A DNA stretch of 64,000 nucleotides from Chrysomallon squamiferum (lineage: Eukaryota; Animalia; Mollusca). The position numbers and the translations under genes were made by a program. Below the pieces are notes generated by a model. It did no database searches. It was given only the letters and a program-made list of their open reading frames with translations, and had not been told where the DNA came from. Positions 1-27,538 of the stretch are shown piece after piece (position 1 is the stretch's first letter; each line of letters begins with the position of its first letter). The DNA lies in NCBI GenBank assembly GCA_012295275.1, contig CM022670.1, positions 33,976,001-34,040,000 on the forward strand. Direction: 5' to 3'.

Positions 1-99
1 TTCATCAAAGGTCAGCTAGTCAAGTGTGGTATTTTATAGTGAGGTTCATTACCTGTGGGTACATTCCTTTTTCCCTTTGTCTTTTTTTTCTTCTTTTTT

Positions 100-490
100 T
101 TAATAATCTTAAAGTTAGAATGATACTAAAGTATTGTTAAAAGTAAATGTTATGCAGTGGACGTTATTAATTAATTTTTTTAATAATATCTTGTTAAACC
201 TAGAATAATATTACAAGTATCATTAAAAATAAGAGTTATGGATTAGGCATAAACTTTTATTTTATTTTATTTTTTAATATCACATATCATGTTAAACATA
301 AATAAAACTACAAATAGTATTGAACATGATAGTTATGGAGTGGCATTAACTAGTTTTTATAACACATCTTGTTAAACTTAAATAATATTAGAATTATTAA
401 AAATAAAAGTTATGGAGTGGTATTAACCTGTTCTTACAACACATCTTGTTAAACTTAGTATAATACTGTGTGCTAACTGGTTTCTATAAA
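100..490. repeat. Degenerate intronic tandem repeat, ~80-100 bp unit, about 5 copies
   Basis: Recurring atcttgttaaactta...taata...agttatggagtgg...attaac blocks starting near 106, 188, 286, 366 and 442. Confidence 0.7.
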
Positions 491-1707
491 ATTTTAAATA
501 CTATATTTTAATATATGGAATGAGTATATACCTAATTGGTATTAGTACATTTAAAAATGAAAAAAAAAGAAAGTTGCCTTTAATATTTATTTGAAAACAA
601 AAATGGATAACAGAATTTACAGGCATATTCATAGTCAAACCACATACCATACCATGGCCTGTGACCTTTTAGAGACAGGATACATTAAGAAAAATCAGTC
701 CTTCAGCTTAGGAGAAAAGAATTAATTTTCTCTTTTCAGTGTATCCTTAATCCCAGGTTTTTTTTTTTTCTATCTCTCTCTCTTTCTGGATTTAGTTTGT
801 TGTTAGAAAGTTTTTCCAGAAGTTTAATATGTCTTCATTCTCTTTAAGATCATAAAGGAGAAAAAAAAAAATATTTGTTAAAAAAAAAAAAAAAAAAAAA
901 AATTCTCTATCCAGGACTGTTCACTCATTGATTCTTTCCAGCTAGAATGCACAGTCTTCCATATTTTTTTTTTTTAAAGATTTAATAGTATTTGATTACT
1001 GCCTGCTGTACATTTGATATATAGTTTTTGGGGGTTAAATTGATTTATTCCATTTATCGATACATTCAAACTGAACAGTGACCCACAAAACACTGAGTTT
1101 AGTTTTATTTTCCTGGTAGCATAAATCACACTTAAAGATTACTTGTCTGGAATTGAATTGTTAAGTGTTGCTTATCTCAAAGTAACAATGGGTCTTTTTA
1201 GCAGCAGTGTGCAAAATAAATGCACATGATTGTAATGTTTATTGATATCTTGCTTTGTAATTCAGTTGTTTTTAAGTGGCATTTTTTTGTTTAACTGAAT
1301 GAGTTAAAGTTATTTCCTTGTATTTCAAGGAGTCTGGTCTTTTTTAACATATCGAGACTTCTGTTATCTTTAGTTTGGAGCTAAAGTAGTTTTATATATT
1401 TTTTTTGCTTTTTAAAGAATTCCTTTTGAAAAAGTATTTAATTCATTCTTGAACAAGTAAAGTGGGTGTCTAGATCCTTTCCATCTATCAAAACATGGAA
1501 TTTTTTTTTTTTTTTTTTTTTTTTCTTCAAATTCCCCCTTTTACTTAGTAGACAATGACATTTTATTATGTCCCTAGTGAGCCTCAGAGATGGATTTCTG
1601 TGAATGTGTTGAGATGAAACCAGACTATTTTACTGCAGCGCCACTGTCACAGAAATGTCACACAAACTGACTGTTGTTTTACACAAGTTGTTCTCACTTT
1701 TTTCCAG

Positions 1708-15120
<13,413 letters not shown>

Positions 15121-15229
15121 TGAGGTGATATAACCAGAAGTGTGTCTGTATTGTGTACATCGCGTGGATTATCTCCATTTAACAGAATAATGGCAGCATT
15201 ATTGTGTTTGTTGCTTGGTTGAAGAAATC

Positions 15230-15265
<36 letters not shown>

Positions 15266-16965
15266 TTGTTGTTGTTTGTGGAAGGTGCAATCACAGTGTG
15301 AAAATGGCAGAGGACCATTAGTTTTGGAGTTCCTGTATCTAAGATATCTGTGTGTGAGTTTGTGATAACAGAGAGAGACTGACAAGTTACCCTAAAGCCA
15401 AATGTTCTGACAGAAGTGCTTCTGGCATTGGTATCCATCAACCTCTGCACCTGTTTAGTTCTGACCATTGCAATATAAAACTGTACGAGTATGTACAAAG
15501 AACACTGACATCTGCTGCTGCTTATTAAGATAAAAAAATAAAAAACATAAACACAAAAAAACAAAAAAAACATTATGAATGAGTATAGAAGCATCAGATT
15601 CCTGTGGCTGGAAATTACTGAAATTTAACAAGAATCTCTGTGTTAAAGTTTGTACTGAATGTTTCTTTGACTCAAAATGAGTGAATTACACCAAGTGAAA
15701 TACATGTAAATGCTAAGGTTACAGTCACAGAGAAGATGATAATTATTATGAATTAATCTTATCACAGCTGCATTTATTCAGTGTTTGTTAAATGTAAGGA
15801 TAAATGAATGTGAATATGGAGAAGTAATAGTTTTTACAGATCTATTTAAAAAAATAAAAAATTATACCTGCATGGTAAGAAAGAGGTTTGAAATGACAAA
15901 CTCACGACATTCAAATTTCAACTGATCTTTAATAAAAATATCAAATAGTTTTAAAAGAAAGCTAGTAAGTTCATTTATTTTTTAAAAAGTGTTTTCATTA
16001 AAGCAAGCAAGATGTTGTTTATCAACTTGACAAAAGTGCTGAGATTGTGCTAATGTTTTGGATATACAAATTATAACAAATGTTATATATATATATAACT
16101 TTTTTTTTCTTCCATTTAATAATGGACTGACAAATAGTTGGGGCAATATTTTTCTTTTGAAAAAAATATATAGTGTGATATACTTTAGTTCATTCTTCAA
16201 CGTAAACTCCATTTATGCATTTTTTTTTTGGTATTAAAAAATTAATGCATTTATATTTATATTTATTTGCTAAACAAAAAATAAATATAAATATGTTTTA
16301 GTATTTTTAGAACAAAACACTTTATGAATATATAGTATGATGTATTCATTTTAAAACACTAATTATGCTTGTGTTTTGGGACCATATATCACGGAATGTT
16401 AATATTTTGTGCACATAATATATGAAAATTGCCAGATAGCAAATTGTACTTTAAAGATTTTTGTTTAGAATTTATTTGTCATTACTTTCAAAAGTAATTA
16501 TTTGGTTAAATTTATCATGAACATTGGTAGCCATAATTATTAAAATATCTTTTTACACATTTGTTTCAGTCTTTTTTCAAATTTAAATAACAGGATTTGA
16601 TTAAATATGAAAATAATAATAATAATGAGAATGTGATTACAAAATATTTTAGACTTGCTGGTTCTCTGTTGATGCATATCTCTCAGGTTTGACATATCTC
16701 AAAAAAAAGAAATCAAGATATTAAAATAAAAATAATTAAATAAAATTTTAAAGTTCAAGACTTTTGGCATTTGTTATGAAGTTCTGTCAAAGCTTTGTCA
16801 ATATTTTTTTTTTTTTTTTTTTTTTTTTACATGTTTCAATTATGTTGTGTGTAAAGTATCTGTATTAAACAATACTATAAATATTCAAAATTTGTTTTAA
16901 AACCGTATTTTATGTACATTTTCTTTTTAATCTCTTTGTTTTTAATTGTATTATAAAAAAAAATA

Positions 16966-16999
<34 letters not shown>

Positions 17000-17879
17000 G
17001 TAATTATATTAATAATGACAATAACAATATTAATACAGAAATAAATAAAAATATATATAAAAATAATGATATATATGAAAATTAACTATAATAACATAGA
17101 AATAAATAAAAGTAATAAATAAAATATAATAATAATTAAATTGATATATATATATAAAAAAAAAAAAAAGAGTGAAAATTACCTTCTTACCTGAACTGGA
17201 ATAAAACAAATGACAAGGAAAAACCCACTCATTGACACTTACTCGTGTATGATTTACATTACACAGTGACAGATGTTTCACTGAAAAACATACAAAAACA
17301 CTAATTCTCTGTGAAAATTTCCAACATTATTACAAACCAAAGACTCAGGAATACGTTCATCCATGTCTTTTTTTTTTTTTTTTTTTTTTACTATTATTAT
17401 TATTCCATGTCATTCTGTGTTTGTAGTCCTTGTACAGTCAAGTCTGTAGGTGTGTACAGACCTTATCTCTCTTTTTGTTGTTAATATATATATTGTTCTG
17501 TTTTGTATATTTTGTTGATTTTTTTTGCTGTGACATTTTTCGTTTAGTAAAACAGTATTTAGTGTTGGGATCAGATGTTGATAGGGCACATTGCCAGTAG
17601 TAAATAGTTTATTTATTTGCTTTTCTATCTCCTTTCTCAAAAGATATACATACATATATATATTTATTTTTTAAAACAGATATGGGTATCATCCATATCC
17701 CAGCAAATAATATGACCAAATTTCATTGACATAGAGACTTTTACTGAAAATAAAACTGAGAATATCTTCTCTTTGATTTGAAAATAAATCCAAATTTCAT
17801 ATATAAATATATATACACACACACATAATGAGAAAGAATTTCAGAATTATTTTGTTAAAAAGGCAGTAACAATATTATC

Positions 17880-17930
<51 letters not shown>

Positions 17931-18824
17931 ATAAACAATAATTTGTATGATCTCAAAATGCCCAAATGCTTTTTTAATAATTTATCAAAATATAATTTAT
18001 TTTTTCGATCTTTTATATATATGTTTGTTTTGTTACACATAAATACATTGTTAAAAAAAAAAACATCACAGCAAAGAGTAAACTCATTAATGTATCATGA
18101 ACATATTGATATTTACAATAACTGTTCATAATGTCAGTTAACAACCACCAGGCAGGAGTTTTATGTATTTTTCAATACTAAAGTATTAAAACATTATCTT
18201 TCTTTATTATGAAGAATAATTTACAAATAGATTAGTTGGCTAAAAGTTAAATTAATCCAAGCAGCCAATTAACTAAAGAGAAATCCAATATCAGCACAAA
18301 TATCACATTCAGGGAAAATTGACGAAATATTTCAAAGACTAACTTAAAGTAATATACTGAAGTTTTATTTTTTCTTAATCAACAGAACAAATTGTATGAT
18401 CAGATCATGAAAATGAAGATACATATGTTAAAAAAAGAAATTGTTTAAATTGTTGATAAAATCGTGTTGAAATAATTGTAAAAGAAATAATGTTACTAAA
18501 ACAGTTACGTAGTAATGTTAATATTAAAAACAACAATGGTGAGTTATCTTTTAATAATTCACATTAGTTCAGTACATTAAATGTAATTTTCTTTTTAACT
18601 TTGAAAATTAATTTGTGTTTTGCCAGCATTTTGATATTCTTCAAACTAATATCTGCATGTTAAAACTGATTTATTGAAATATTAAATTAGTTTAACTTAA
18701 CATCCATATTGTCTGTACTGATCTGTTTTATAAAGTGAAACCTCAGCATTTAAAAGAAAAATACCTCACAGTAAAAAAACAAACTTGTGACCTTTTCAGA
18801 GACAGTTTTAACATTTGTCTTCAT

Positions 18825-18858
<34 letters not shown>

Positions 18859-19970
18859 TCTAAAATCAATTACTGCATAAATCTCCTAGACATTGCCAGT
18901 TGATATACATGGTTGATTGGTTGATTTTTATTTACTTTATAACAATGTAAAACAAAAAAAATAATAATAATAAACAAAAAAATAAAATAATAATAATCAA
19001 ATTATTGTTTATTAGGTTTCTTCTGCTTTTTGTTTTTTTTTATTATTATTTTTTTAACTGGTATATGAAATAAAATGGCATGTATAGAAATGTTACTTGT
19101 AGAGAAAAGAGCTTTTTTTTTCTTTTTTTTCTCTTTGTCAGTATTCTGTTAAAACTATTTTTAAATTAATATTGTAATTAAAGAAATGATTGTATATATG
19201 TATGTAATATATATATAAATTAAAAACCAAACTAGTTTATAAATGAATGTTTATAATAAAAACTGGCAGTGTCTATTTTTATAAGAGATAATAACCAATT
19301 CTCTCTCTCTCTCTCTCGCTTGCTTGGTCTCTTTCTCTCTCTCTCTTTTTTTTTTTTTTCATCCTATAAATTTTTCTATAAATTGTTTTCTTTTAATAAC
19401 AAGGTAATGTTGATCATTAAAAGATAAATAAATAAAACTCAAGATGTCAGAAGAAGTGTTGATTCAGGTGAAGAATCACCTCAGAAAATACAATTAAAAA
19501 CAAATCCTGTAGCATTTGAACTGATAAAGAGAATATTTTGTATACTTTTATTTTCCTAAATATCTTACTAATACTTATTACAGGTTGGAAGTGTGTGATG
19601 TTTGCCTGTTGCTTATGGTTGTGAACAAACAAATAAATTAAGTAAATAAATAATGGTTCTATTTTGGTGGAAATATTTACATATGTTTGTGATATAAATA
19701 TATTTAGACAAAAAGAGTTTTGTTTAGAAAAGTATAAAAAGTACTTCATACTCAATAATCTTTTTTTTTTTTTTTTTTTTCTCTCTTTTTTTTTAAATTT
19801 CTGTTGTAACTAGTGTTCTGTAGCTTGTATCAAAATCTTGCACAAGAATGCATGAAAAAGAATTTGAAGGCTTTCAGATTGTGTGTTGACAGCAGTTCAC
19901 CATTGTATATGTTATTTTCCTATCATCATTATATGCTTGTTTTCATATACTGTACATAATGCAAAATGCT

Positions 19971-20010
19971 AATAAAGTACAAATTATGTAACTGTTTGTT
20001 GTTCTTTTCC
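19971..20010 (+). terminator. Probable distal polyadenylation signal of FAK (implies a ~4.9 kb 3' UTR)
   Basis: AATAAA at 19971 with upstream TGTA motifs and a downstream GT/T-rich element (ctgtttgttgttcttttcc); coincides with the end of CpG depletion. Confidence 0.5.
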
Positions 20011-20344
20011 TTAATTGCATCTTTTATAAACTCTAACAATTTCTTTCTGTTAATAAATTACTGATGCTATTGAATTCGTGCCTAAAATACATATTATCAA
20101 TATTAACTTCTGAATAAGACGTTGAAATATTCTCCATTCTTCAACAGTTTTGATGATTTTGTATTTAGAGTGATATTGCTACTTCGGCACCACATAAAGA
20201 GAGAATCGCACAACAAAATGCTTAATGCCTTATTTCGACTTATTTTATTTTGATTATACCGCTTATTCTGACTGACGTTAACCTGATCGTATACTTCGAA
20301 ATCGCGAGAACGCGCATATACAAGTCCATTATGGCATAAAAAAA

Positions 20345-20620
20345 AACGCCATTATAAAGCATTCAAATTTGCATTTACGTGACAGAAATATTTTTGGTGT
20401 TCCTGAGCCATTTAGCTATAAATGAATTTCGCGTCCACTCTAGGTTACTGTTTTTATTTATTCTGAACGCGTCACAAACAACATCTCACACAAACACGCC
20501 ATTAGGAAGTATTAACAAACAGAAATTTATAAGACAAATAGTTTTGGTGTCGTGAGCCATTTAGCTCTAAAGGAATTTCGTGTGCACTCTAGGTTATTGT
20601 TTTTATTATGAATGCGTCTT
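20345..20620. repeat. Diverged tandem duplication (~150 bp, 2 copies)
   Basis: ttttggtgt..tgagccatttagct.taaa.gaatttcg.gt.cactctaggtta.tgtttttatt occurs at ~20391 and ~20542. Confidence 0.8.
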
Positions 20621-20751
20621 AGGAAAGTACAACAACGCAAAGACACAAACGAATATGTCAGTGGCTTTTAACTTGAAATTTGATTATGTATTGCAGTTTA
20701 TATAAATATTTTTGGTAAAAAAAATTTCCAGGCCAACTCCAGATAAGTATA

Positions 20752-20831
<80 letters not shown>

Positions 20832-20859
20832 TTTTTTTTTTTTTTTTTTTTTTTTTGAA

Positions 20860-21430
20860 TTGAAAATATCATGCTTTGTAGAGGGTTCAAAGCTATATAC
20901 TTGTCAAAAACATCTTCGTACATATAAAACAGACATGACCATGTCACACATCAGGTTTTGCATTTGTGTACTGGAATATTTTTCAATCAGGAAGCCAAAG
21001 AAGTCTTTGAAGGGATTTCATGTCCAAATCTAGGTCAGTGATATTTTTATTTTAAAATTAATTTTTTTTTTTTTTTTTTTTTTTATAATACGAAAGTGTC
21101 ATCCTTTGTAAAGGACTGGAATGTTTTTCCATCAGGAAGCCAAAGAAGTCTTTGAAGGGATTTCATGTCCATATCTAGTTCAGTTGTATTTTTTATTTTT
21201 TTATAATATGAAAGTGTCATGCTTCGTAAGGGATTGTAAAGCTGCAGACATGTCAAAAACAACTTGCATATATAAAAAAAAAAACATACAATGATACACA
21301 ACATCAAGATTTGCCTTTGCGTACTGGATTAATTTGCTATCAGGAAGCCAAAAATGTCTACGAAGGGATTTTCTGTCCAACTCTAGTTCAATGGATTTTT
21401 TTAAAAATGTGAAAGTGTCATGCTTCCTAG
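20860..21430. repeat. Three-copy diverged tandem repeat (~145-210 bp units)
   Basis: tcaggaagccaaagaagtctttgaagggatttcatgtcc at ~20987 and ~21132, variant at ~21340; gaaagtgtcatgctt also recurs. Confidence 0.85.
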
Positions 21431-22247
21431 AGAACACTAATTACAAGCAACGGAACTGTAAATGAAATCGAATCTGACAGCACGTCTTGTAGATAAATAT
21501 ATGTGCGTTTCTGTCGCTCTGCCTTTAAGAAGTGTGTTTGAGAATTTAACCGTTACTTTGCAGCAGTAACTATGTATGAACCAGTTCAGTAAAATACTGT
21601 GTTTATTTTGGCACATATACATTATTTTTTAGGCTGTATGGAAACTGATAAAATGGTAAAGTTTCCAATTAAAATAAAATACAATAAAAAAAAAAAAAAA
21701 TATGAATAAAAAAAATAAAAATAAAACATAAATAAATATGAATAAAAAAAAAAAATAATAAAAAAAAAAAAAAAAAATAATAATAAAAAAAAAATATAAA
21801 AAAAAAAAAAAAAATGAAAAAAAAATAAAAATAAATAAATACATTTATCTGAAAAATTCCCGTTTGACTAGCTTTGAACACGAACTTACTCGGAACATAA
21901 AATAAAAAATGATATTTTTGGCGATCTGATACCATAAAAGTAAAATGATTAGTGTAATGTCAAGCTACATCGCAGAGTCAAATTTGGTAAAAAGAGAAGC
22001 CTTTTAGTTCTACTGACATTGATTGCCATAACATTTCACTAAAGGAAAAAGAAGTAAAAGGAACAGTTTTAAATAACCGTGTTGTTTTAAAAAGGTTTTG
22101 ACGTTATGGATTACTTGCTACACAATATTCCTACATAAAACGAGAACGTTATAAAATATAACCCATTAAACACAGCAGTTTGTCTGCGAGATCTTTTATA
22201 ATAATAATAAAATAATTTTAAAACCCAAATAATAAAAAAAATAAAAA

Positions 22248-22287
<40 letters not shown>

Positions 22288-23106
22288 TTAAAAATTAAAA
22301 TAATACCACAAATAACTGCTACTATTATTACTACTATAATTACTACTACCACTACTACTACTACTACAAATAATCATAATAAACATCATGATGATGATGA
22401 AAAACAGTCATAACGATAATAATTATGTTAGTAGAATTAGAAGAGTATTTATTTATTTATTTATTTGTATTTAAACGAAAACGTCTTCGAATGACTAAAT
22501 CATTACACAGTTATCTATCTCATTTACATATTAGGAAAGTTTGACATCTTACGTGTTTGTACGAAATTTTGTTATGAAGAAAACGAAGAAAGAAAAAATT
22601 AAAATTTCAGATTTCAATGATCATTTTGAGTTTGTTATTATTATGATCATAGTTCATTAAATGAAACGCTGATGTCATTTAACAGACAATCAGTTTAAGG
22701 TAAATAACATATAGATTTACTTATTCTACCTAATAACAAACACATTAAGACTAAAGTAAGAAGAATAAACAGCAACGCTAAAAAAATCCAAAAATTAAAA
22801 TGCATAATTATTATCTAGATTACAAATATCAGCAAAACACAATCATATTTTCATTGTTTATTGTAATTAGTATATCCACATTTTTATATATAAAAAAATA
22901 ATTTTAGATTAATAATATAAAAAATACAACGATATATCAATGCATGAACTTATTCAAAGGCGAACCAGTCTACAATAAAAGTACGACATTTTGAATTAAA
23001 TTATGCAAAAATAGCAACAGTGATTAAACAGAAATGTATTATTCAATAGTAAGAATGTAAATAAGTTTGAAAGAAAACAAAACTAATATTTGTTTCACAA
23101 TAAAAC

Positions 23107-23178
<72 letters not shown>

Positions 23179-24729
23179 CGTGTAGCGCGTGACTCTATAA
23201 AAAGTAAAAAAAAAAAAACAATAAAATATACAACAACAAACATCTCATAAAATAAATGCGATTAAAAGCTATTTTTAAATGATGGCTAAGTTGCATTTCC
23301 CATAATTGGTTTCAGTAATTAATATTGTAAAACAGAACCAGATGACAGAGCAGAAAAGTACAATAGTAAACTAGTTCGAGTAATTAATAAGGTAAATGTG
23401 AATCGGTTTCGTTTTCTGATTAAATATACGATACAGAATGAGGATGATAAAACGGGAGTTCTTGGCTAAATAACTGCGTCTACTGATGACCCTTTTGATG
23501 AAGATATATTCTTAGAAAGAACATCTACAAAGACATTTTAGTGATACAAAAGTTAATTAATTACACACACAGATAACACATTTACGAGTTCACCTCAATA
23601 ACGGCGTAAAGGTATTTTCTTCGAAGAACTTGACTTTGTCGTGTTACAATTTCTTAATTAAATTTCCTTATCATAACAAAATATTAATAAATCTTGGCTG
23701 TGTGCACTTTGATTTCATCTGCAGTAATATGAAGTTTTATTCTTCTCAGTCAGATAGGTCTCATTGCAATGAAACGTCTAAAACATTTATTACTAGAAAC
23801 CATCATAAACGATATTATTATTTGGTAAACATAAATTCAGTAGTTGTAAAACTGATATCAATATACTCTTCCCAGCAGTCAGTGGTGTTCATTATGAATT
23901 CTGGTCGTTGAACCTTCTGAACGTTTTATTAATGCTTTATAGATAAATGGCGATTCACTTTTCTAAAATAATGGCTACATGCTGGATTCATAAACTGCAT
24001 ATCAGTAATAAATATGCCATAATCACTGTCAGTATAATATATTAATGTGCATATAGTACCGTTGATTATATTTAGTATCTTCGTTCTTTGATCTGTTCCT
24101 CTTTAAAAATGAATTCAAAAACAGTCTACAAAAGATTTATATTTTGCTGTTCATAAATAAATGGTACAACGTTATAAAGCTACATATAATTAAATGATGA
24201 AAAAAATATGTTGTAAAAAAAAAAAAAAAAAAAAAAAATACCCCCCCCCCCAACCAAAAAAAAACATCCAAAAAAAACCTATCCCCACAAATATTTATCA
24301 TGATTTTTTTGGGGCCTGTAAAAGTCGTTTTAACAAACATCTAATAAATAAAATAAAAAAGAGAATACTTTTCCGATCTTTTTAATAATATATGAAATGA
24401 AGACTTATCAAGTTTATCTTGCAAATCACACAAGGTCGCGCACCCACATACACAAAGAAGAAAGAGAAAAAGAAAAAGAAAAAATCCTATTTAAATAATT
24501 ATTATACAATAACCCTTTTATTATAATAATTACTGTTATTGTTGAACCTTCAAAAATGGTGTCGTCAGAGTTATTTTACGTCAGGAATTGATTTCACCAT
24601 TGTATTTTTTTTTTTTTTTTTTAAAATAAAATGTGCTTATGTACCTACAATAGTTTCATTTCATCCGCAGTAATACCAAGTTTCATAATCATCATTAGAT
24701 AGTGAGTGGTCAACTGAAAAAACAACAAC

Positions 24730-25570
24730 ACTTCTGTAACGTTTATTTAATCCCAACCCTGTAGCGTTCGTTTATTTCTATTTCGATCTACGTAATGCTT
24801 ATTATTGTAACCCAGATCTATATTAAACGATTTAATTTTCGTCTAAACCATATAATGTTCGTTATTATAAGCCAGATGCATGTAAACACAAATATTTAAT
24901 TTAATATTATCCCATGACATGTAAGGTTTGTTATTTTGAACCTGATAAACTGTAAACACAACAAAAGATGCACTTATGATTATTATTTTAATTTTCTGTT
25001 AAGCCTCGTAATTTTCAGTATTATAAATCAGACGATTGGTAAGCATAATTATATTCAGTTTGAAACCATCCCAAGTTATCTAACGTTTGTTGTTATGAAC
25101 CACATTTTCTTGTAGACAGACATATACAAACTTAGTTTATCTCAAGCCATGTAACGTTTGTTATTAAAAATTGGAAAACTTTTGTGAACACAATAAAATT
25201 AATATTGAGTTACAAATCAAAAGATTAATTTCATCGTTTGTTATAAAGATCTAGATAAATTGTCAATAGAACACAATATGAATCAATATTTAATTAAATC
25301 TTTACCTCACGTCATGTAACGTTTTGAATTATGAACCAGATACAGTATAAACACAACAAACGATGACCTATAAACTTAATTTCATTGTTCGCCATGTAAC
25401 GTTCGTTATAACGAACCAGATACATCGGGAACAACAAAAGATGCACCAGTATTAAAGTTCATCGCAGTTCATTATTAGCTATAACAAGCTCCCTTGAATT
25501 AGATTTCGTCTAATGTGACATTCGTTATTATAAACCAGATTCAATGTAAACACAACACAAGATGGGGAAG
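24730..25570. repeat. Old degenerate tandem array (~60-120 bp units, about 10 copies)
   Basis: Recurring (c)atgtaacgtt(c/t)gttatt...aaccagat...tgtaaacacaacaaaagatg motif. Confidence 0.7.
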
Positions 25571-26194
25571 AATGTGATGAGTTGAAATACAAGTCTTTCA
25601 CTGCGGTCCTAATAGGCTTCTTGTCATGTTGTAATATCCGGTTTCGTTTGTGTTTAACAAAAAAGCTTTTCTGTGTCATCTTCCAGACGCTGGTAATTCT
25701 TTTTGCATTGATCATCATTCAAAATAAGTCTTCTTGTCGTCGAAAATTATCTGAAATGAGTAAAAACGATTTTTATTGACATTTTGTCATAAAAAAGGAT
25801 TTATTCTGAAATGAATATGTCGCACAGTAAAACTGATTAATAAATCTGAAACAAAATCTGATAAGGTATTGGTTCTGTCATCGGTCTTAACGATGGATCT
25901 TTGTTGCACTGGTTTAAGATATATTTTAACAAACATAACACATCATCATCATCATCATCATCATCATCTGCATCTGCATCTGCATGTACACCTGTATACA
26001 AGTGGTCTTCAAATAAAGCGTTTGAAGATTTTCTCCCGCCTGTCACGGAACAATAGGTTGATGTTCACATTTCTGTCATCCCTGTCTCCACAACATATCG
26101 TCATGTAAGCAGTAGATGATGTCTCTGAAAGCTGTTCAAATGAACTAACTCGTTTGTCTAGAGAATACAGTTCACTACTATGAGTTGTCAGCCG

Positions 26195-26397
26195 AACAAA
26201 GAATGTTTTTACTTACGATGTACTCAGTATATTTTTAATATAATTTTACATATCTCCATGGATATGCTCGGACGGCAAATGATGGGCTACTCTTTATCAT
26301 TGTTGCAGCAAAGGACCTTTTACATGTACCTTCTCATAGACAGGAATTGATATTTCATAAATCAGTCATATAGCACTGGCTGTATTGGGAAAAAAAA
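26195..26397. mobile_element. Decayed SINE-like dispersed repeat, copy 1
   Basis: The core at 26284-26345 is the reverse complement of 61970-62028 (cctgtctatgagaaggt...taaaa..tccttt...aaagagtag). From memory it resembles an abundant gastropod repeat; not verified. Confidence 0.6.
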
Positions 26398-27143
26398 TTA
26401 GAGTACCTTCTACAGCGTTAATGTGACAGAGAATTAGTTTAAAAATATTAGCAGGTATTCCTCTTAACTCTGAATTGGAGTGATTTCAGAACCTTTCAGT
26501 CATAAGTGCCAAAATAAACAAATTAATAAAATGTGAAATTTTCTTGAGTGAAGTCAAACTGTCGAGAATCTGATCATTCATTCTTAATGTCATGCGATCA
26601 AACTGTGAAAATAATCTGACAAAGGAAATTTCCATACCATCAATTAATGAGCCAATTCAAAACGACTGGAGCGTTAAAAACCTTAGGACAGACTCCAATA
26701 ATAATAATAATCAACATCATAACTACAACAGCTGTGTTTAAACGAAATTAAACTATGACTCACATTTGTGTTTAAACGAAATTAACGGTATCAAATGAAA
26801 ACGAAATATATGCTAAATGGTAAAATAATTATGTCGAGTTTCACTGTCACGACATTATTAACATACATATATATGTGCGCTGTCATATTAACTATTTAGT
26901 GCAATTTTTGTCTGCAAGGTATGATATATCATTGATTTTTAAAACCAATATCAGCATCACACCTGAACACAAAGAAAACATCCGTCATAAGAAATAATGG
27001 AATATTCATGGCTCAGCAAGAATTGCCGAACCACTATGATATGCCAGACACAATTACAGATAGCTAACCGAGGCTTAGGAAGTAGGCAAAATGAACGATA
27101 TAAATATCTGGTTTGTTCATGAAATATACTGATATCAACGCGT

Positions 27144-27178
<35 letters not shown>

Positions 27179-27427
27179 TATGCATACACAAACATCTACA
27201 CACACACGCACATACACAGACATTTGTATACATATAAACACATATGCATACACAAACATACACAGACACACACACACACACACATCTAATCATATATAAA
27301 CTCATACATACACACCCAACCCTGTCTCTTTACATACATATGTGCAACTATGCCTGCATGCATAAACAATTATAAATATATAGATTTTTTTTTTAATAAA
27401 ATAGGAAAATTAAATACAAAATATGAA

Positions 27428-27500
<73 letters not shown>

Positions 27501-27538
27501 GGACATTCAGACTAGACTGTTGCCATGCTTGCACTAAC

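Noticed and set aside
1-16. Possible end of an upstream FAK exon (ttcatcaaag|gtcagc)
   Set aside because: Phase could fit the 1708 exon, but only 10 nt are visible and the donor is mediocre.
1578-1670. Acceptor tccctag followed by a short ORF (MDFCECVEMKPDY...)
   Set aside because: No frame-preserving donor; the FAK frame hits a stop; no similarity recognised.
20860-21430. Repeat-spacer-like pattern suggesting CRISPR
   Set aside because: Eukaryotic context, long irregular units, mutually related spacers and no cas genes.
26010-26157. Minus-strand exon-like frame KRVSSFEQLSETSSTAYMTICCG...KRFI* as a second exon of the MGC gene
   Set aside because: Needs a phase-1 junction, while the 27539 donor is phase 2; no linking exon found.
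27370-27538. Poly-Leu 'transmembrane' tail of the 148-aa MGC ORF
   Set aside because: Translation of an (AAT)n microsatellite downstream of a good splice donor.
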